From positions 8,068-72,067 of the forward strand of contig CALEZI010000137.1 of assembly GCA_937928755.1 (NCBI GenBank): 64,000 nt of DNA, written 5' to 3'. Under the pieces are notes generated by a model that made no database searches, was not told the DNA's origin, and was given only the letters and a program-made list of their open reading frames with translations. This DNA is from an uncultured Rhodanobacteraceae bacterium (lineage in GTDB: Bacteria > Pseudomonadota > Gammaproteobacteria > Xanthomonadales > SZUA-5). A program made the translations under genes and the position numbers. Every line of letters begins with the position of its first letter. Positions within the stretch are counted from its first letter, which is position 1. Below are positions 17,665-27,580 of this stretch, one piece after another.

Positions 17665-18908
17665 TGGCAGGCGAGCGCACGACGACGGAGACCGGAATCC
17701 TCGGCTGGCTGGACCAGCGCATGCCGGTGGTCGATTTCTGGAACAAGCACCTGGCGCAGTATTACGCGCCGAAAAACTTCAATGTCTGGTACTACTTCGG
17801 TTCACTCGCCCTGGTGGTACTGGTCAATCAGATCGTCACTGGCATCTGGCTGGCGATGTACTACAAACCGAGCGCGCTCGAAGCCTTCGCTTCGGTCGAG
17901 CTCACCATCATGCGCGACGTCGAATGGGGCTGGTTGCTGCGCTACATGCACTCCACCGGAGCCTCGTTCTTCTTCATCATGGTCTACCTGCACATGTTCC
18001 GCGCATTGCTTTATGGGTCGTACCAGAAGCCGCGCGAACTGGTCTGGGTGCTCGGCGTCCTGATCTTCCTGGCGATGATGGCCGAGGCCTTCCTCGGTTA
18101 CGTGCTGCCGTGGGGCCAGATGTCGTTCTGGGGCGCGCAGGTGATCGTGTCGCTGTTCGGCGCCATCCCGGTGATCGGCGGTGGCCTGGTGGAGTGGATC
18201 CAGGGCGACTACCTGCCGTCCGATGCCACCATCAACCGATTCTTCGCGCTGCATGTGGTGGCGTTGCCGATCTCGCTCCTGGGTCTGGTGGTGCTGCATC
18301 TCGCGGCGCTGCATGAAGTTGGCTCGAACAATCCGGACGGCGTCGACATCAAGAAGAAAAAGGATGCCAATGGTGTTCCGCTCGACGGCATCCCGTTTCA
18401 TCCCTACTACACCGTCAAGGACCTGTTCGGCGTCGGTGTGTTCCTGATGCTGTTCGCATTCGTGATCTTCTTCGCGCCCACCTTCGGCGACCTGTTCCTG
18501 GAGTACGACAACTTCAATCCGGCCGACCCGATGGTCACCCCGGCGCACATCAAGCCGGTGTGGTACTTCACGCCGTACTACGCGATGTTGCGCGCGATCC
18601 CGGACAAACTGATGGGCGTGGTGGTGATGGGCGCGGCGGTGATGATCCTGTTCGTTCTGCCCTGGCTGGATCGCAGCCCGGTGCGTTCGATCCGTTACCG
18701 TGGGCCGATCACCAGGATCGCACTGGCGCTGTTCGCGGTGTCGTTCGTGACGCTCGGCTACCTCGGCCTGCAGGCGGGCAGCGAGCTGCAGAAGTTGGTG
18801 GCGCAGATCTGCACCGCGATCTACTTCCTGTTTTTCCTACTCATGCCGGTTTACACCAAGATGGATTCGGTGAAGCCGGTGCCTGATCGGGTGACCACGC
18901 ATGATTAA
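17664..18908 (+). CDS. petB: cytochrome b
   Basis: TAATG overlap with petA. NFNVWYYFGSL..., heme-ligand His pairs, PEWYF-like VWYFTPYYAMLRAIP. Confidence 0.92.
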   Translation: MAGERTTTETGILGWLDQRMPVVDFWNKHLAQYYAPKNFNVWYYFGSLALVVLVNQIVTGIWLAMYYKPSALEAFASVELTIMRDVEWGWLLRYMHSTGASFFFIMVYLHMFRALLYGSYQKPRELVWVLGVLIFLAMMAEAFLGYVLPWGQMSFWGAQVIVSLFGAIPVIGGGLVEWIQGDYLPSDATINRFFALHVVALPISLLGLVVLHLAALHEVGSNNPDGVDIKKKKDANGVPLDGIPFHPYYTVKDLFGVGVFLMLFAFVIFFAPTFGDLFLEYDNFNPADPMVTPAHIKPVWYFTPYYAMLRAIPDKLMGVVVMGAAVMILFVLPWLDRSPVRSIRYRGPITRIALALFAVSFVTLGYLGLQAGSELQKLVAQICTAIYFLFFLLMPVYTKMDSVKPVPDRVTTHD

Positions 18909-19665
18909 GCGCCTGCTTCCCTGGCTTCTTTTCCTCGTTGCCGGCCCGGCGCTTGCGGCGGGTGCGGGTCCGGTCCTGATGCAGTCCGGAGCCAACATCT
19001 CCGATCAGGCCTCGCTGCAGCGCGGCGCACAGTTGTACTTCAATTACTGCGGCAGCTGCCACTCGCTGCAATATGTGCGTTATTCGCGGATGGCCGCGGA
19101 TCTCGGCCTCACCGAAGAGCAGGTGATGAAGTACCTGAATTTCACCGGCGGCAAGTTCGGCGACACCATCCATGCGGCAATGCCGGCAGGTGCCGGCGAC
19201 GAGGCAATCGGCGCTGCCGACTGGTTCGGCGCGGCGCCACCCGACTTGTCGCTGATCGCGCGTGCGCGCCTCGGTGGCGCGGACTACACCTACACCTACC
19301 TGATGTCGTTCTACCCGGACCCCACGCGTCCGATCGGCTGGAACAACACCGTGTTCCCGAACGCCTCGATGCCGCATGTGCTCTGGGAGCGGCAGGGAAT
19401 CCAGACGCTGCGGGCGCCCGACGAACATGCCGAGGACGCCGGTGGTCATGCCACTGGACCGACCTTCGACCTGGTCAAGCCGGGAACCCGGACGCCGGAA
19501 GAGTATCGTCAGGATGCACGCGACATCACCGCATTCCTGCTTTACGTCGGTGAACCGGCTGCGCTCGATCGCGAGAAGTACGGCGTCTGGGTGTTGCTCT
19601 ATCTCTTGTTGTTCACCAGCGTTGCCTGGCTGCTCAAACACGAGTACTGGAAAGACGTGCACTGA
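18901..19665 (+). CDS. petC: cytochrome c1
   Basis: Signal peptide, CGSCHS heme motif, C-terminal TM anchor. Overlaps petB by 8 nt. Confidence 0.9.
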   Translation: MIKRLLPWLLFLVAGPALAAGAGPVLMQSGANISDQASLQRGAQLYFNYCGSCHSLQYVRYSRMAADLGLTEEQVMKYLNFTGGKFGDTIHAAMPAGAGDEAIGAADWFGAAPPDLSLIARARLGGADYTYTYLMSFYPDPTRPIGWNNTVFPNASMPHVLWERQGIQTLRAPDEHAEDAGGHATGPTFDLVKPGTRTPEEYRQDARDITAFLLYVGEPAALDREKYGVWVLLYLLLFTSVAWLLKHEYWKDVH

Positions 19666-19694
19666 GCGCCAACGCCGATCAGTTTTGCATCTTG

Positions 19695-19719
19695 AGCCCC
19701 GGGAAACCGGGGCTTTTTC
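19695..19719 (+). terminator. rho-independent terminator after petC
   Basis: agccccgg-gaaa-ccggggct stem-loop followed by a TTTTT run. Confidence 0.75.
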
Positions 19720-19837
19720 GTCCTGGCGCCGCGTGGATCCGGTGTATCCCGGTCAGCGTTCGCGCTTGTCGCGGATCAAAGGCGTTTTCAGCGCGATTGG
19801 GTAAGCTGCCAAGATCGCCTTGACGGGCCACCTTCGC

Positions 19838-21319
19838 ATGCCCGCACGATCGGAAAGTTCACCGCTCAGGTTGGCATGGAGCGCGCAACTGGCCACCGGG
19901 CGACCGGAATTGGATGCAGAGCATCAGCGGTTGATCGAGTTGATCAACCAGGTCGGCCGACTGCATCAGGGCGAGGCCAATGCGGAGCAACTGCGCGGCG
20001 CGCTTCGCGAACTGCGCGATTACACCGTTTACCACTTTCGCACCGAAGCGCAGTTGATGCTGCGCTACCCGATCGACGCCGGCTTTCGCCGCAGTCATCT
20101 GGCGGCGCACGCCGGATTCGTGCAGCGCCTCGACGAGTTCGATGAACTGGTGGCAACCGATTCCGGTGCCGTAGTCGAATGCCTGTTGGCCTTCATGGTC
20201 AAGTGGCTGGTGCACCACGTCACGCGCGTGGATGCGCGCCTGGCGCGCGACGTTGCCGCGTTCGAATCGGGAACCGCGCCGTCGCACGTCACCGATTCAC
20301 ACGGCGATCGTGTAGACAGCCTCATCGAAAGCGTCAGCGACCTTTACGAGGGCATGGCCGAGCGCACCATCGAGTTGTTGCGGGCGAATCGACAGTTGAA
20401 GTCGGAAATCGCCAGACGTCGGCAGGCAGAACATGATCTGCGCATTTCCGCGATCGTGTTCGACGCCATCGACGAGGCGGTCATGGTGACCAGCGCCGAC
20501 AACCAGATCATTCGCGTCAATTCGTCGTTTTCGCGCATTACGGGATTCGCCGCCGACGAGGCGATCGGCGCCAATCCGCGCATCATGTCGAGCGGTACGC
20601 ATCCCCCGGAGTTCTACCGGGAACTCTGGTCGGCCGTGGTGAACAACGGCAAATGGCAAGGCGAGATCCGCAACCGACGCAAGAACGGCGAGCTGTACGT
20701 GGAGTGGCTGTCGATCTACCGGGTGCGCGACGACAGCAACGGCGAACTCAGGCACGTGGCGGTTTTTTCGGACATCACCAAACAACGGGTCGAAGCCGAT
20801 CGCATTCAGTATCTGGCCAACTACGACCTGTTGACCGGGTTGCCAAACCGGGCGCTGCTGATCGACCGCTTGCGCCAGCAACTGGCGTCGGCCAGCCAGA
20901 ACCGCAGCAAGCTGGCGCTGATGTTCATCGATCTGGATTTGTTCAAGGCAGTCAACGATGGGCTCGGTCACGATGTCGGCGATCTGCTGCTGAAGCTGGC
21001 TGCGCAGCGCATGGCGGATTGCGTGGGAGCGGCGGACACCGTGGCACGCCATGGCGGCGATGAGTTCGTGGTGCTGCTGCCGCACATCGTGGACAGCATC
21101 GAAGCGGTCAACGTGGCCCATCGCCTGCGGATCGCCCTGTGCCAGCCGTTCGATCTGCGCGGCCACTTCGCCACGATCTCCTGCAGCATCGGCGTTGCCA
21201 TTCATCCCGAACATGGTGCCGACGAACTGCAATTGCTCAAGAGTGCCGACACTGCGATGTACCGTGCCAAGGTCAATGGACGCAACGGCGTCTGCTGCGA
21301 GGAATTGTCGGCCTTGTGA
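19838..21319 (+). CDS. hemerythrin-like domain / PAS / GGDEF diguanylate cyclase
   Basis: Hemerythrin ligand pattern (DAEHQRL, YHFRTEAQL, LAAHAGF, WLVHHVTRVD). PAS segment (VMVTSADNQIIRVNSSFSRITGF...). GGDEF domain (RHGGDEFVVLL). No RxxD I-site seen before GGDEF. Alternative TTG start at 19820. Confidence 0.85.
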   Translation: MPARSESSPLRLAWSAQLATGRPELDAEHQRLIELINQVGRLHQGEANAEQLRGALRELRDYTVYHFRTEAQLMLRYPIDAGFRRSHLAAHAGFVQRLDEFDELVATDSGAVVECLLAFMVKWLVHHVTRVDARLARDVAAFESGTAPSHVTDSHGDRVDSLIESVSDLYEGMAERTIELLRANRQLKSEIARRRQAEHDLRISAIVFDAIDEAVMVTSADNQIIRVNSSFSRITGFAADEAIGANPRIMSSGTHPPEFYRELWSAVVNNGKWQGEIRNRRKNGELYVEWLSIYRVRDDSNGELRHVAVFSDITKQRVEADRIQYLANYDLLTGLPNRALLIDRLRQQLASASQNRSKLALMFIDLDLFKAVNDGLGHDVGDLLLKLAAQRMADCVGAADTVARHGGDEFVVLLPHIVDSIEAVNVAHRLRIALCQPFDLRGHFATISCSIGVAIHPEHGADELQLLKSADTAMYRAKVNGRNGVCCEELSAL

Positions 21320-21465
21320 GCGCGCTTGTCGGCGCGCTCGTCCACGATCGGCTCAACTGGGTAGATTCGCCCATGGCGGTCCGCTAATCTGATCGACGCA
21401 GCGGTCGGCGACCCTCGGTGTCGCCCCACTGTTGCCGGCACTTTATCGAGGAGGACCGCTCAACC

Positions 21466-22104
21466 ATGTCGCCGCCAGGGCCGCGATCGCGCAGTGCGAT
21501 GACGCTTTTCTCGCATGTCAATTGTCCGCGATCCCACGCGATCCGTTTCGTGCTGGCATTGAAGGGCCTGCCGCACGATCTGGTTTATGTGGATCCGGCG
21601 CATCCTCCGGCCGACCTCAAGGCCGCGGTTCCCGACGTGGTGCTGCCGACGTTGATGGAACGGGATGTCGTGCTTTACGAGCCACGCATCATTGCCGAGT
21701 ACCTCGACGAGCGGTTTCCGCATCCACCGTTGCTGCCGAGCGATCCCCTCGGGCGGGCGCGCGCACGCTTGACGGTTTATCGCATCGAGCAGGAATGGCT
21801 GAGCCTGCTGGATCAGCTGGGCCGCGATGGCGCCAGTGCCGACCAGCGCATCTGCGCCGAATTGCGCGCGGCGCTGGCTGAATCGGAGCCGCTGTTCCGT
21901 GTCGCCAAATACTTCCTCAGTCCGGACATCGGGCTCGCCGACTGTATGCTGTTGCCGATCCTTTGGCGGCTGCCGGCACACGGTCTGCTGCTCAAGGACC
22001 TTGGGGCGGGAATCGATGCGTATTCCCGGCGCCTGTTTACCACCCCGTTGTTCCAGCGCACCCTCTCCGATGCCGAACGCACGTTGGCGGGAGACGCTGG
22101 CTGA
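21466..22104 (+). CDS. sspA: stringent starvation protein A
   Basis: GST-like fold. MTLFSHVNCPRSHAIRFVLALKG...PTLMERDVVLYEPRIIAEYLDERFPHPPLLP. GAGGAGGA Shine-Dalgarno before ATG 21466. Followed by sspB. Confidence 0.9.
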   Translation: MSPPGPRSRSAMTLFSHVNCPRSHAIRFVLALKGLPHDLVYVDPAHPPADLKAAVPDVVLPTLMERDVVLYEPRIIAEYLDERFPHPPLLPSDPLGRARARLTVYRIEQEWLSLLDQLGRDGASADQRICAELRAALAESEPLFRVAKYFLSPDIGLADCMLLPILWRLPAHGLLLKDLGAGIDAYSRRLFTTPLFQRTLSDAERTLAGDAG

Positions 22105-22201
22105 CGGCTCTGGGCGTGCGCCGCGCGCCGCCTGCAGTTACCCTGGAAGCTGCCGTCGACCTTGCAACCGGGGTCTTCAGGGTCAAGGAGCAATCAAGTA
22201 C

Positions 22202-22657
22202 ATGGACATGACTTCAACGCGACCCTATCTGATCCGAGCGATCTACGAGTGGATCGTCGACAACAACTGCAAGCCGTTCCTGCTCATCGATGCCCGTGTC
22301 CCCGGTGTGCGTGTTCCGCCCCAGGCGGTGAAAGATGGCCAGGTGCTGCTGAACATCGCGCCGCACTCGATCGACCGGCTCGATCTCGGACTCGAAGAGA
22401 TTCGCTTCAATGCGCGCTTTTCCGGCGTCAGCCAGTCGATCGTCGCGCCAGTTGCGGCGGTACTGGCAATCTATGCGCAGGAGAATGGCCAGGGCATGAT
22501 GTTTCCAGCCGAATCGCCCGCCGATGCCGGCGCGGATGAAGCGGTCGACGACAGCCGGCCGGGCATCGCCCTGGCGCCCAGCAGTGCGCCAACCGACGAT
22601 GAGCCGCCGCAACCGCCGCCGGAACGCATGCGGCCTTCACTGCGCATCGTCAAGTAG
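22202..22657 (+). CDS. sspB: ClpXP specificity-enhancing factor SspB
   Basis: TSTRPYLIRAIYEWIVDNNCKPFLLIDA..., acidic/Pro-rich linker, and C-terminal LRIVK ClpX-binding-like tail. Confidence 0.85.
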   Translation: MDMTSTRPYLIRAIYEWIVDNNCKPFLLIDARVPGVRVPPQAVKDGQVLLNIAPHSIDRLDLGLEEIRFNARFSGVSQSIVAPVAAVLAIYAQENGQGMMFPAESPADAGADEAVDDSRPGIALAPSSAPTDDEPPQPPPERMRPSLRIVK

Positions 22658-22673
22658 GCTGCTCAGCCCGCGG

Positions 22674-23024
22674 TCAGCGCTCCTTCGCGTCAGGCACCAC
22701 CCACAAGTCGCGGCCGCCATCGGCGCCCGGCACTTCGATCCACAACTGTGCGCCGCGATGAAAGCGGATGCGCCCGTGGCGTCGTTGCTGGCCATCGGCG
22801 CTGACATCGAAGCCATAGTCGAGTTGCCAGCCGAACTGCCCGTCGATGCGACTCAGACGGATCCTCTGCAGCGAGACTGTCGAGTCGAGCAACTGCAGCC
22901 CGGCATCGCGGCAACTGCGGATGGCGATCGCCAGCGCGCGTTCGTGCATCGATCTCAGCGCCTGCCAGGCGAGCACAGCGCAGGCGAGAACGAGCATGCC
23001 GATCAGGGCCGCAGTGCTGGACAT
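22674..23024 (-). CDS. DUF3301 domain-containing protein
   Basis: N-terminal TM helix, then AIAIRSCRDAGLQLLDSTVSLQRIRLSR...YGFDVSADGQQRRHGRI, the DUF3301 pattern. Internal ATG of track ORF 22674..23093. Confidence 0.7.
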   Translation of the reverse strand: MSSTAALIGMLVLACAVLAWQALRSMHERALAIAIRSCRDAGLQLLDSTVSLQRIRLSRIDGQFGWQLDYGFDVSADGQQRRHGRIRFHRGAQLWIEVPGADGGRDLWVVPDAKER

Positions 23025-23083
23025 CGATGCTCGCGAGGTGGTTCGGGGCCGGGAATGATCGCATCTGGGCGGAGCACCCGGGT

Positions 23084-25699
23084 ATGCCGCCAACCGCAGG
23101 CCGCATTTCCATCCGGGAACGGGCCCTGAGGCTCCCGTTTGGCTACAATGCGGCGTTCTTGATCAAACCGGACCGTGACCTCGGCGTGGCGCCAATTTCG
23201 ATACCAGGCTATGAGATCGAGCGCGAGCTCGGGGTCGGCGGCATGGCGCGCGTCTATCTCGCGATCCAGTCATCGCTCGAGCGTCGCGTCGCACTCAAGG
23301 TTATGGCGCCGGCGCTCGCCGCAGACGCCAGCTTCTCCAAGCGCTTTCTGCGCGAAGCGCGCACCATCGCCGCGCTGACCCACCCGCACATCGTCGCTGT
23401 CTACGAAGTCGGAGTCACCACCGACCACCTGCATTACTTCTCGATGCAGTTCCTGCCGGGCGGCGACTTCGCCCAACGCATGCGCAAGGGCGTCGAGCAG
23501 GGCGAGATCGTGCGCGTGCTTTCGGGCATCGGCAAGGCGCTCGGATTCGCTCACCAGCAAGGTGTGGTGCATCGGGACGTGACGCCGGGCAACATCATGT
23601 TCGATGCGGCCGATACGCCGTTGCTGACCGACTTCGGTATCGCCAGGGCGCTCAGCGGATCGACCCGGATCACCAGCACCGGCGTCAGCATCGGCACCAG
23701 CAACTACATGAGTCCGGAGCAGGCTCGCGGCGGCGATGTCGATGCCCGCTCCGATCTGTACAGCCTGGGAGCGCTGACGTTCGAGGCGCTCACCGGGCAT
23801 CCGCCGTACCAGGGACCGGACGGTTTTGCCGTCGCTTATGCCCACGTTTTCGAGCCGATACCACGTTTGCCGGCAGACCTCCGACACTGGCAGGCGTTCA
23901 TCGATCAGGCGCTCGCCAAGGATCCCAAGGACCGCTTTGCTTCGGCCGAAGACTTCATCGCCGGCCTGCAATCGGTGGATTTGTCGCCGGCGGTCGCCGC
24001 GCGGTTGCCGCTGCCAGCCAGCGATTCGCTGCCGGCACCGGTGCCCAGTACCACCAACGTGATCGAGAGTCTGGCGCGGCAGGTAGGTCCGGCAACGGGC
24101 GCCAAAGGGCCGGCTTTCCCCTGGGGTCGCTACGCGTTGATTCTGGTCCTGATCGGTGGCCTCGCGGCAGTCGGGTACGGACTGTGGCGGCGCCCGCCGC
24201 CGCCGGCCCCACCGTCGATGGCGAGCGCGCCGGTGGCGACGCCGGCCGTAACGCAAGGCAACCCTGCAGCGCTCGCCACGGTTGCGCCCAGCCAACCAGC
24301 GCCGGCGGTCGAAGCACCAACCGACGTGATCCTCGGCGAGCCCGAGTTGCCGTCGACGACGCCCTCCGAGTTGGATCCGGAGGGCGTGTCTGCCGACTAC
24401 GTGCATCCTCCAGCGGCGGACTTCGGACCGCCGACGCCGGCGCAGCGGATTGGCGTATTTCTCGAACTGGGTCAGGCCTTGCTGCGCATGCAACGATTGC
24501 AGTTGCCCGCCGAGGCCAATGCGACGCTGTTCTTTGCCCGGGTGCTGGAGCTCGAGCCCACCAACGAGCTTGCGCGCGCGGGCTTGTCGGCGGTCGTCGA
24601 TGCCTATCTGGCATTGGCGGATGCGGATCTCGACGCCGATCGTGTCAAGGAGGGCAAGGAGCGACTCGATCGTGCGCGGCAGGTCGCGGCGACGCCCGGA
24701 CTGGACACCAGGGCGCTGATCGCGCGCATCGACGAGCGTTGGGATCGGCGGGTCGGTGCCTTGCGCGAAAGTGCGCGGGTGGCGCTTGGCGAGTGGCGCG
24801 GCAGCGACGCGCAGGCGGCGATCGAGCGCGCATTGGCGCTGCTGCCCGGTGATGCCGAGTTGACCCGATGGTTGCGTGAGGCCAGGAGCGTCGGCAAGCC
24901 GGGTTATCGCTTTCGCGACGCTGCCGGTTTGCCGGAACTGGTGATCGTGGGTGGCGGCAGCACGATGCTGGTCGGCGCCCGTCGTGGTGGCGACGTCAAA
25001 GTCAACGTCGCTGCGCCGTTTGCCGTGGCGGTGCGTGAGATCAGCGTGGCCGAATTCAAGCGCTTCGTCGAGACCACCCGGCATGTGGTTACCCGTGAGA
25101 GCTGCCGCAATCGCGAGGGCTTCTTTTCGGCGTCGAAAGAGCGCACCTGGCGCGCGCCGGGGATCAGCCAGAGCGACGACCATCCAGTAGTCTGTGTCGG
25201 CTTCGACGACGCCAACGCCTACGCGAAGTGGCTGTCGCAAAGCAGCGGCAAGAGCTATCGCTTGCTGACCGAAGCGGAGTGGCAATACCTGGCCAGTCAG
25301 GTGAAGCCGCGACCTTGCGCGACCGGCAATCGCGCCGACCAGGCCTATCGCAAGGTCGAGGGCGGCAGCGGCGCGTTGAGCTGCGACGACGGCTTCGCCG
25401 CGACTTCGCCGGGTGGACGCTTTGAGGCTACTGCTGCCGGGCTCTATGATATGGAAGGCAACGTTCGCGAATGGGTCGCGGACTGCGACAACGATTCCCA
25501 TTTGGGCCGCAAGCCCGACCAATCGGCGCGGACCAGCGGCGACTGTTCCCAGCGCATGATCATGGGCAGTGCATGGCACAGCGACAATGGCGAGCCGGCG
25601 GTTGTTTCGAGGCGCGGCGAGCGGCGCAGTTGGCTCAGCAATACGGTCGGCTTTCGCGTGGCTCGCGATCTGGCCTCGCCGGGCGCGGCGCCGCGTTGA
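23084..25699 (+). CDS. Ser/Thr protein kinase with TM segment, helical-repeat region and C-terminal FGE-sulfatase (SUMF1-like) domain
   Basis: Hanks kinase motifs: GVGGMARVY, ALKV, HRDVTPGNIMF, DFGIAR, SPEQ. TM helix YALILVLIGGLAAVGYGLW. C-terminal FGE-like domain (VAVREISVAEFKRFV..., HPVVCVGFDDANAYAKWLS, YRLLTEAEWQY, GNVREWVAD, VGFRVARD). The paired catalytic cysteines of true FGE are not evident. Confidence 0.85.
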   Translation: MPPTAGRISIRERALRLPFGYNAAFLIKPDRDLGVAPISIPGYEIERELGVGGMARVYLAIQSSLERRVALKVMAPALAADASFSKRFLREARTIAALTHPHIVAVYEVGVTTDHLHYFSMQFLPGGDFAQRMRKGVEQGEIVRVLSGIGKALGFAHQQGVVHRDVTPGNIMFDAADTPLLTDFGIARALSGSTRITSTGVSIGTSNYMSPEQARGGDVDARSDLYSLGALTFEALTGHPPYQGPDGFAVAYAHVFEPIPRLPADLRHWQAFIDQALAKDPKDRFASAEDFIAGLQSVDLSPAVAARLPLPASDSLPAPVPSTTNVIESLARQVGPATGAKGPAFPWGRYALILVLIGGLAAVGYGLWRRPPPPAPPSMASAPVATPAVTQGNPAALATVAPSQPAPAVEAPTDVILGEPELPSTTPSELDPEGVSADYVHPPAADFGPPTPAQRIGVFLELGQALLRMQRLQLPAEANATLFFARVLELEPTNELARAGLSAVVDAYLALADADLDADRVKEGKERLDRARQVAATPGLDTRALIARIDERWDRRVGALRESARVALGEWRGSDAQAAIERALALLPGDAELTRWLREARSVGKPGYRFRDAAGLPELVIVGGGSTMLVGARRGGDVKVNVAAPFAVAVREISVAEFKRFVETTRHVVTRESCRNREGFFSASKERTWRAPGISQSDDHPVVCVGFDDANAYAKWLSQSSGKSYRLLTEAEWQYLASQVKPRPCATGNRADQAYRKVEGGSGALSCDDGFAATSPGGRFEATAAGLYDMEGNVREWVADCDNDSHLGRKPDQSARTSGDCSQRMIMGSAWHSDNGEPAVVSRRGERRSWLSNTVGFRVARDLASPGAAPR

Positions 25700-25739
25700 T
25701 CCGCAGTGATGGCCGAATCGGCCTTATTTTGGGGGATGA

Positions 25740-26555
25740 ATGAAGCTTCTATTTCCGAATGGTGAGCACGCGCCAGTCGAGCTCGACTCAGGTCGCGCCA
25801 TGGTGGGCAGCGCCACCGACGCCGGTATCGTGCTGATGGCGCCCGGGATTGCGCCCCACCATGCCGAGATCGAGTTTTTCGGCGTAACCGCCAAGCTTAC
25901 GCTTGCGCATCCGGACAACTCCGTCAGCGTCAACGGCAAAGCGGTCACCGCGCCGATCGAGCTCAAGCCGGGCGACCTGGTGACCTTCGCCGGCGTGCGC
26001 GCGCGCGCGGTGGCAGTGGAGAAGGCCAGCAGCGCGCCGCCGCCGCGCCCGCGAGAGGTCCAGCTCGACGATGACGGGCGCACCAAGGTCCGAGTAGCGC
26101 TTCCCAAGTACGTGCTGCGTGGGGTTTCCGGCGTCACTTTCGGCAAGATCTTCCCGCTGCAGTCGAGCGCGGTCATTGGTCGCCAGAGTGAATGCGAAAT
26201 CTCCATTCCTTCCGAGGAAGTCTCGCGTCGCCATGCCGAACTGCGGGTGACGCCGGATGGCATCATGGTCGAGGACCTGGGGTCGTCGAATGGCACCTAC
26301 ATCAACGATCGTCGCATTACGCGGCACTTGATGAAGGCTGGCGACGAGCTGCGCCTGGACACGATTCGCTTCTTGCTGCTGGCGCCGGGTCAGGAGATGA
26401 ACCAGGGTGCGCGTCAGGAATCTGCCGCAGCGACCGCTCCGGTGCTCCCGAATGCGGTTGCCGGCAAGAGTCGCACCGGTCTGATGTGGGCCATCGTGGT
26501 CGTCGCGCTGCTATCGCTGGGTGCGGTGGCTGCGCGTTTGATGGGTGTGATCTGA
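25740..26555 (+). CDS. tandem FHA domain protein with C-terminal TM anchor
   Basis: Two FHA-like segments (GRAMVGSATDAGIVL...HHAEIEF...VNGKAV and VIGRQSECEISIPSEEVSRRHAEL...SSNGTYINDRRI). C-terminal helix LMWAIVVVALLSLGAVAARLMGVI. Confidence 0.8.
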   Translation: MKLLFPNGEHAPVELDSGRAMVGSATDAGIVLMAPGIAPHHAEIEFFGVTAKLTLAHPDNSVSVNGKAVTAPIELKPGDLVTFAGVRARAVAVEKASSAPPPRPREVQLDDDGRTKVRVALPKYVLRGVSGVTFGKIFPLQSSAVIGRQSECEISIPSEEVSRRHAELRVTPDGIMVEDLGSSNGTYINDRRITRHLMKAGDELRLDTIRFLLLAPGQEMNQGARQESAAATAPVLPNAVAGKSRTGLMWAIVVVALLSLGAVAARLMGVI

Positions 26556-26646
26556 GCGGCAGGCAATTGCGCCCGCTCCGGCGTGCGCGTTGCGGCGCCC
26601 GTGCCCATGCGGGCCAGGCACTCGAGGCTTAGGGCGCAGCGCCGGT

Positions 26647-27543
26647 TCAGTCGTTGGTCGGTGACTGCCGCCAGCGCAGCGACAGATCGATGGCGCGTAC
26701 GTGTTTGGTCAGTGCGCCGATGGAAATGTAGTCGACGCCGAGGGTGCACAAGGCACTCAGCCGAGTCGCGTCGATGCCGCCCGAGACCTCAAGTTCGATC
26801 CCGGGCGGGCGTTCGGCGACCGCGGTCTCGATGTCCGCAAGGGACAATTCATCGAGCATGATGCGATCGGGACGCGCGGCCAGCGCTTGCCGATACTCGT
26901 CCAGGTTCTCGATTTCGATTTCGACCAGCAGCGTCGGCCATAACGCACGCGCGCGCGCGACTGCGGGGCCGATGCCGCCGGCCGCCACGATGTGGTTTTC
27001 CTTGATCAGAACCGCATCAAAGAGGCCCAGGCGGTGGTTCTGCGCGCCACCGACCTTGACCGCGTATTTCTGCGCATAACGCAATCCAGGCAAGGTCTTG
27101 CGTGTGTCCAGCAGCCGGGTTCGACTGCCCTGCGTCAGCGAGACATGGGCGGCGGTGGTCGTCGCCGTCGCCGACAGCGTCTGCAGAAAATTGAGCGCGC
27201 TGCGTTCGCCACTGAGCAGTGCCCGCGAGCGCGCGACGATGGAACACAGCAGTGACTGCGCATCCACGCGGTCGCCATCGCGATAGCACCAGTTGATCGC
27301 GCACTGCGGATCGAGCAGTCGCAAACAAGCGTCGAACCAGGCCTGTCCGGCAAGCACCAGCGGCTCGCGCGCAATCACATCTGCCGCACCCGACGCAGAG
27401 GCGTCGATCAGCTGCGCGCTGACATCGCCGCTGCCGATATCCTCGGCCAGCGCGCGGCGCGCATCGGCGAGCACCATCGCGGCGCAGGGGGCGCCAACCA
27501 CGATCGGCTCGCGCGGCAAGTCCGGGAAATCGATCAGCGGCAT
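26647..27543 (-). CDS. nadC: nicotinate-nucleotide diphosphorylase (carboxylating)
   Basis: TRKTLPGLRYAQKYAVKVGGAQNHRLGLFDAVLIKENH and C-terminal SIGALTKH motifs. Confidence 0.9.
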   Translation of the reverse strand: MPLIDFPDLPREPIVVGAPCAAMVLADARRALAEDIGSGDVSAQLIDASASGAADVIAREPLVLAGQAWFDACLRLLDPQCAINWCYRDGDRVDAQSLLCSIVARSRALLSGERSALNFLQTLSATATTTAAHVSLTQGSRTRLLDTRKTLPGLRYAQKYAVKVGGAQNHRLGLFDAVLIKENHIVAAGGIGPAVARARALWPTLLVEIEIENLDEYRQALAARPDRIMLDELSLADIETAVAERPPGIELEVSGGIDATRLSALCTLGVDYISIGALTKHVRAIDLSLRWRQSPTND

Positions 27544-27580
27544 GGCGATGTCCTCGGTCGAGCCTGGGCCGCTTGATTCC

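Noticed and set aside
23270-25579. 769-aa ORF on the minus strand
   Set aside because: Antisense shadow of the kinase-FGE gene. Arg-rich, with no motifs.
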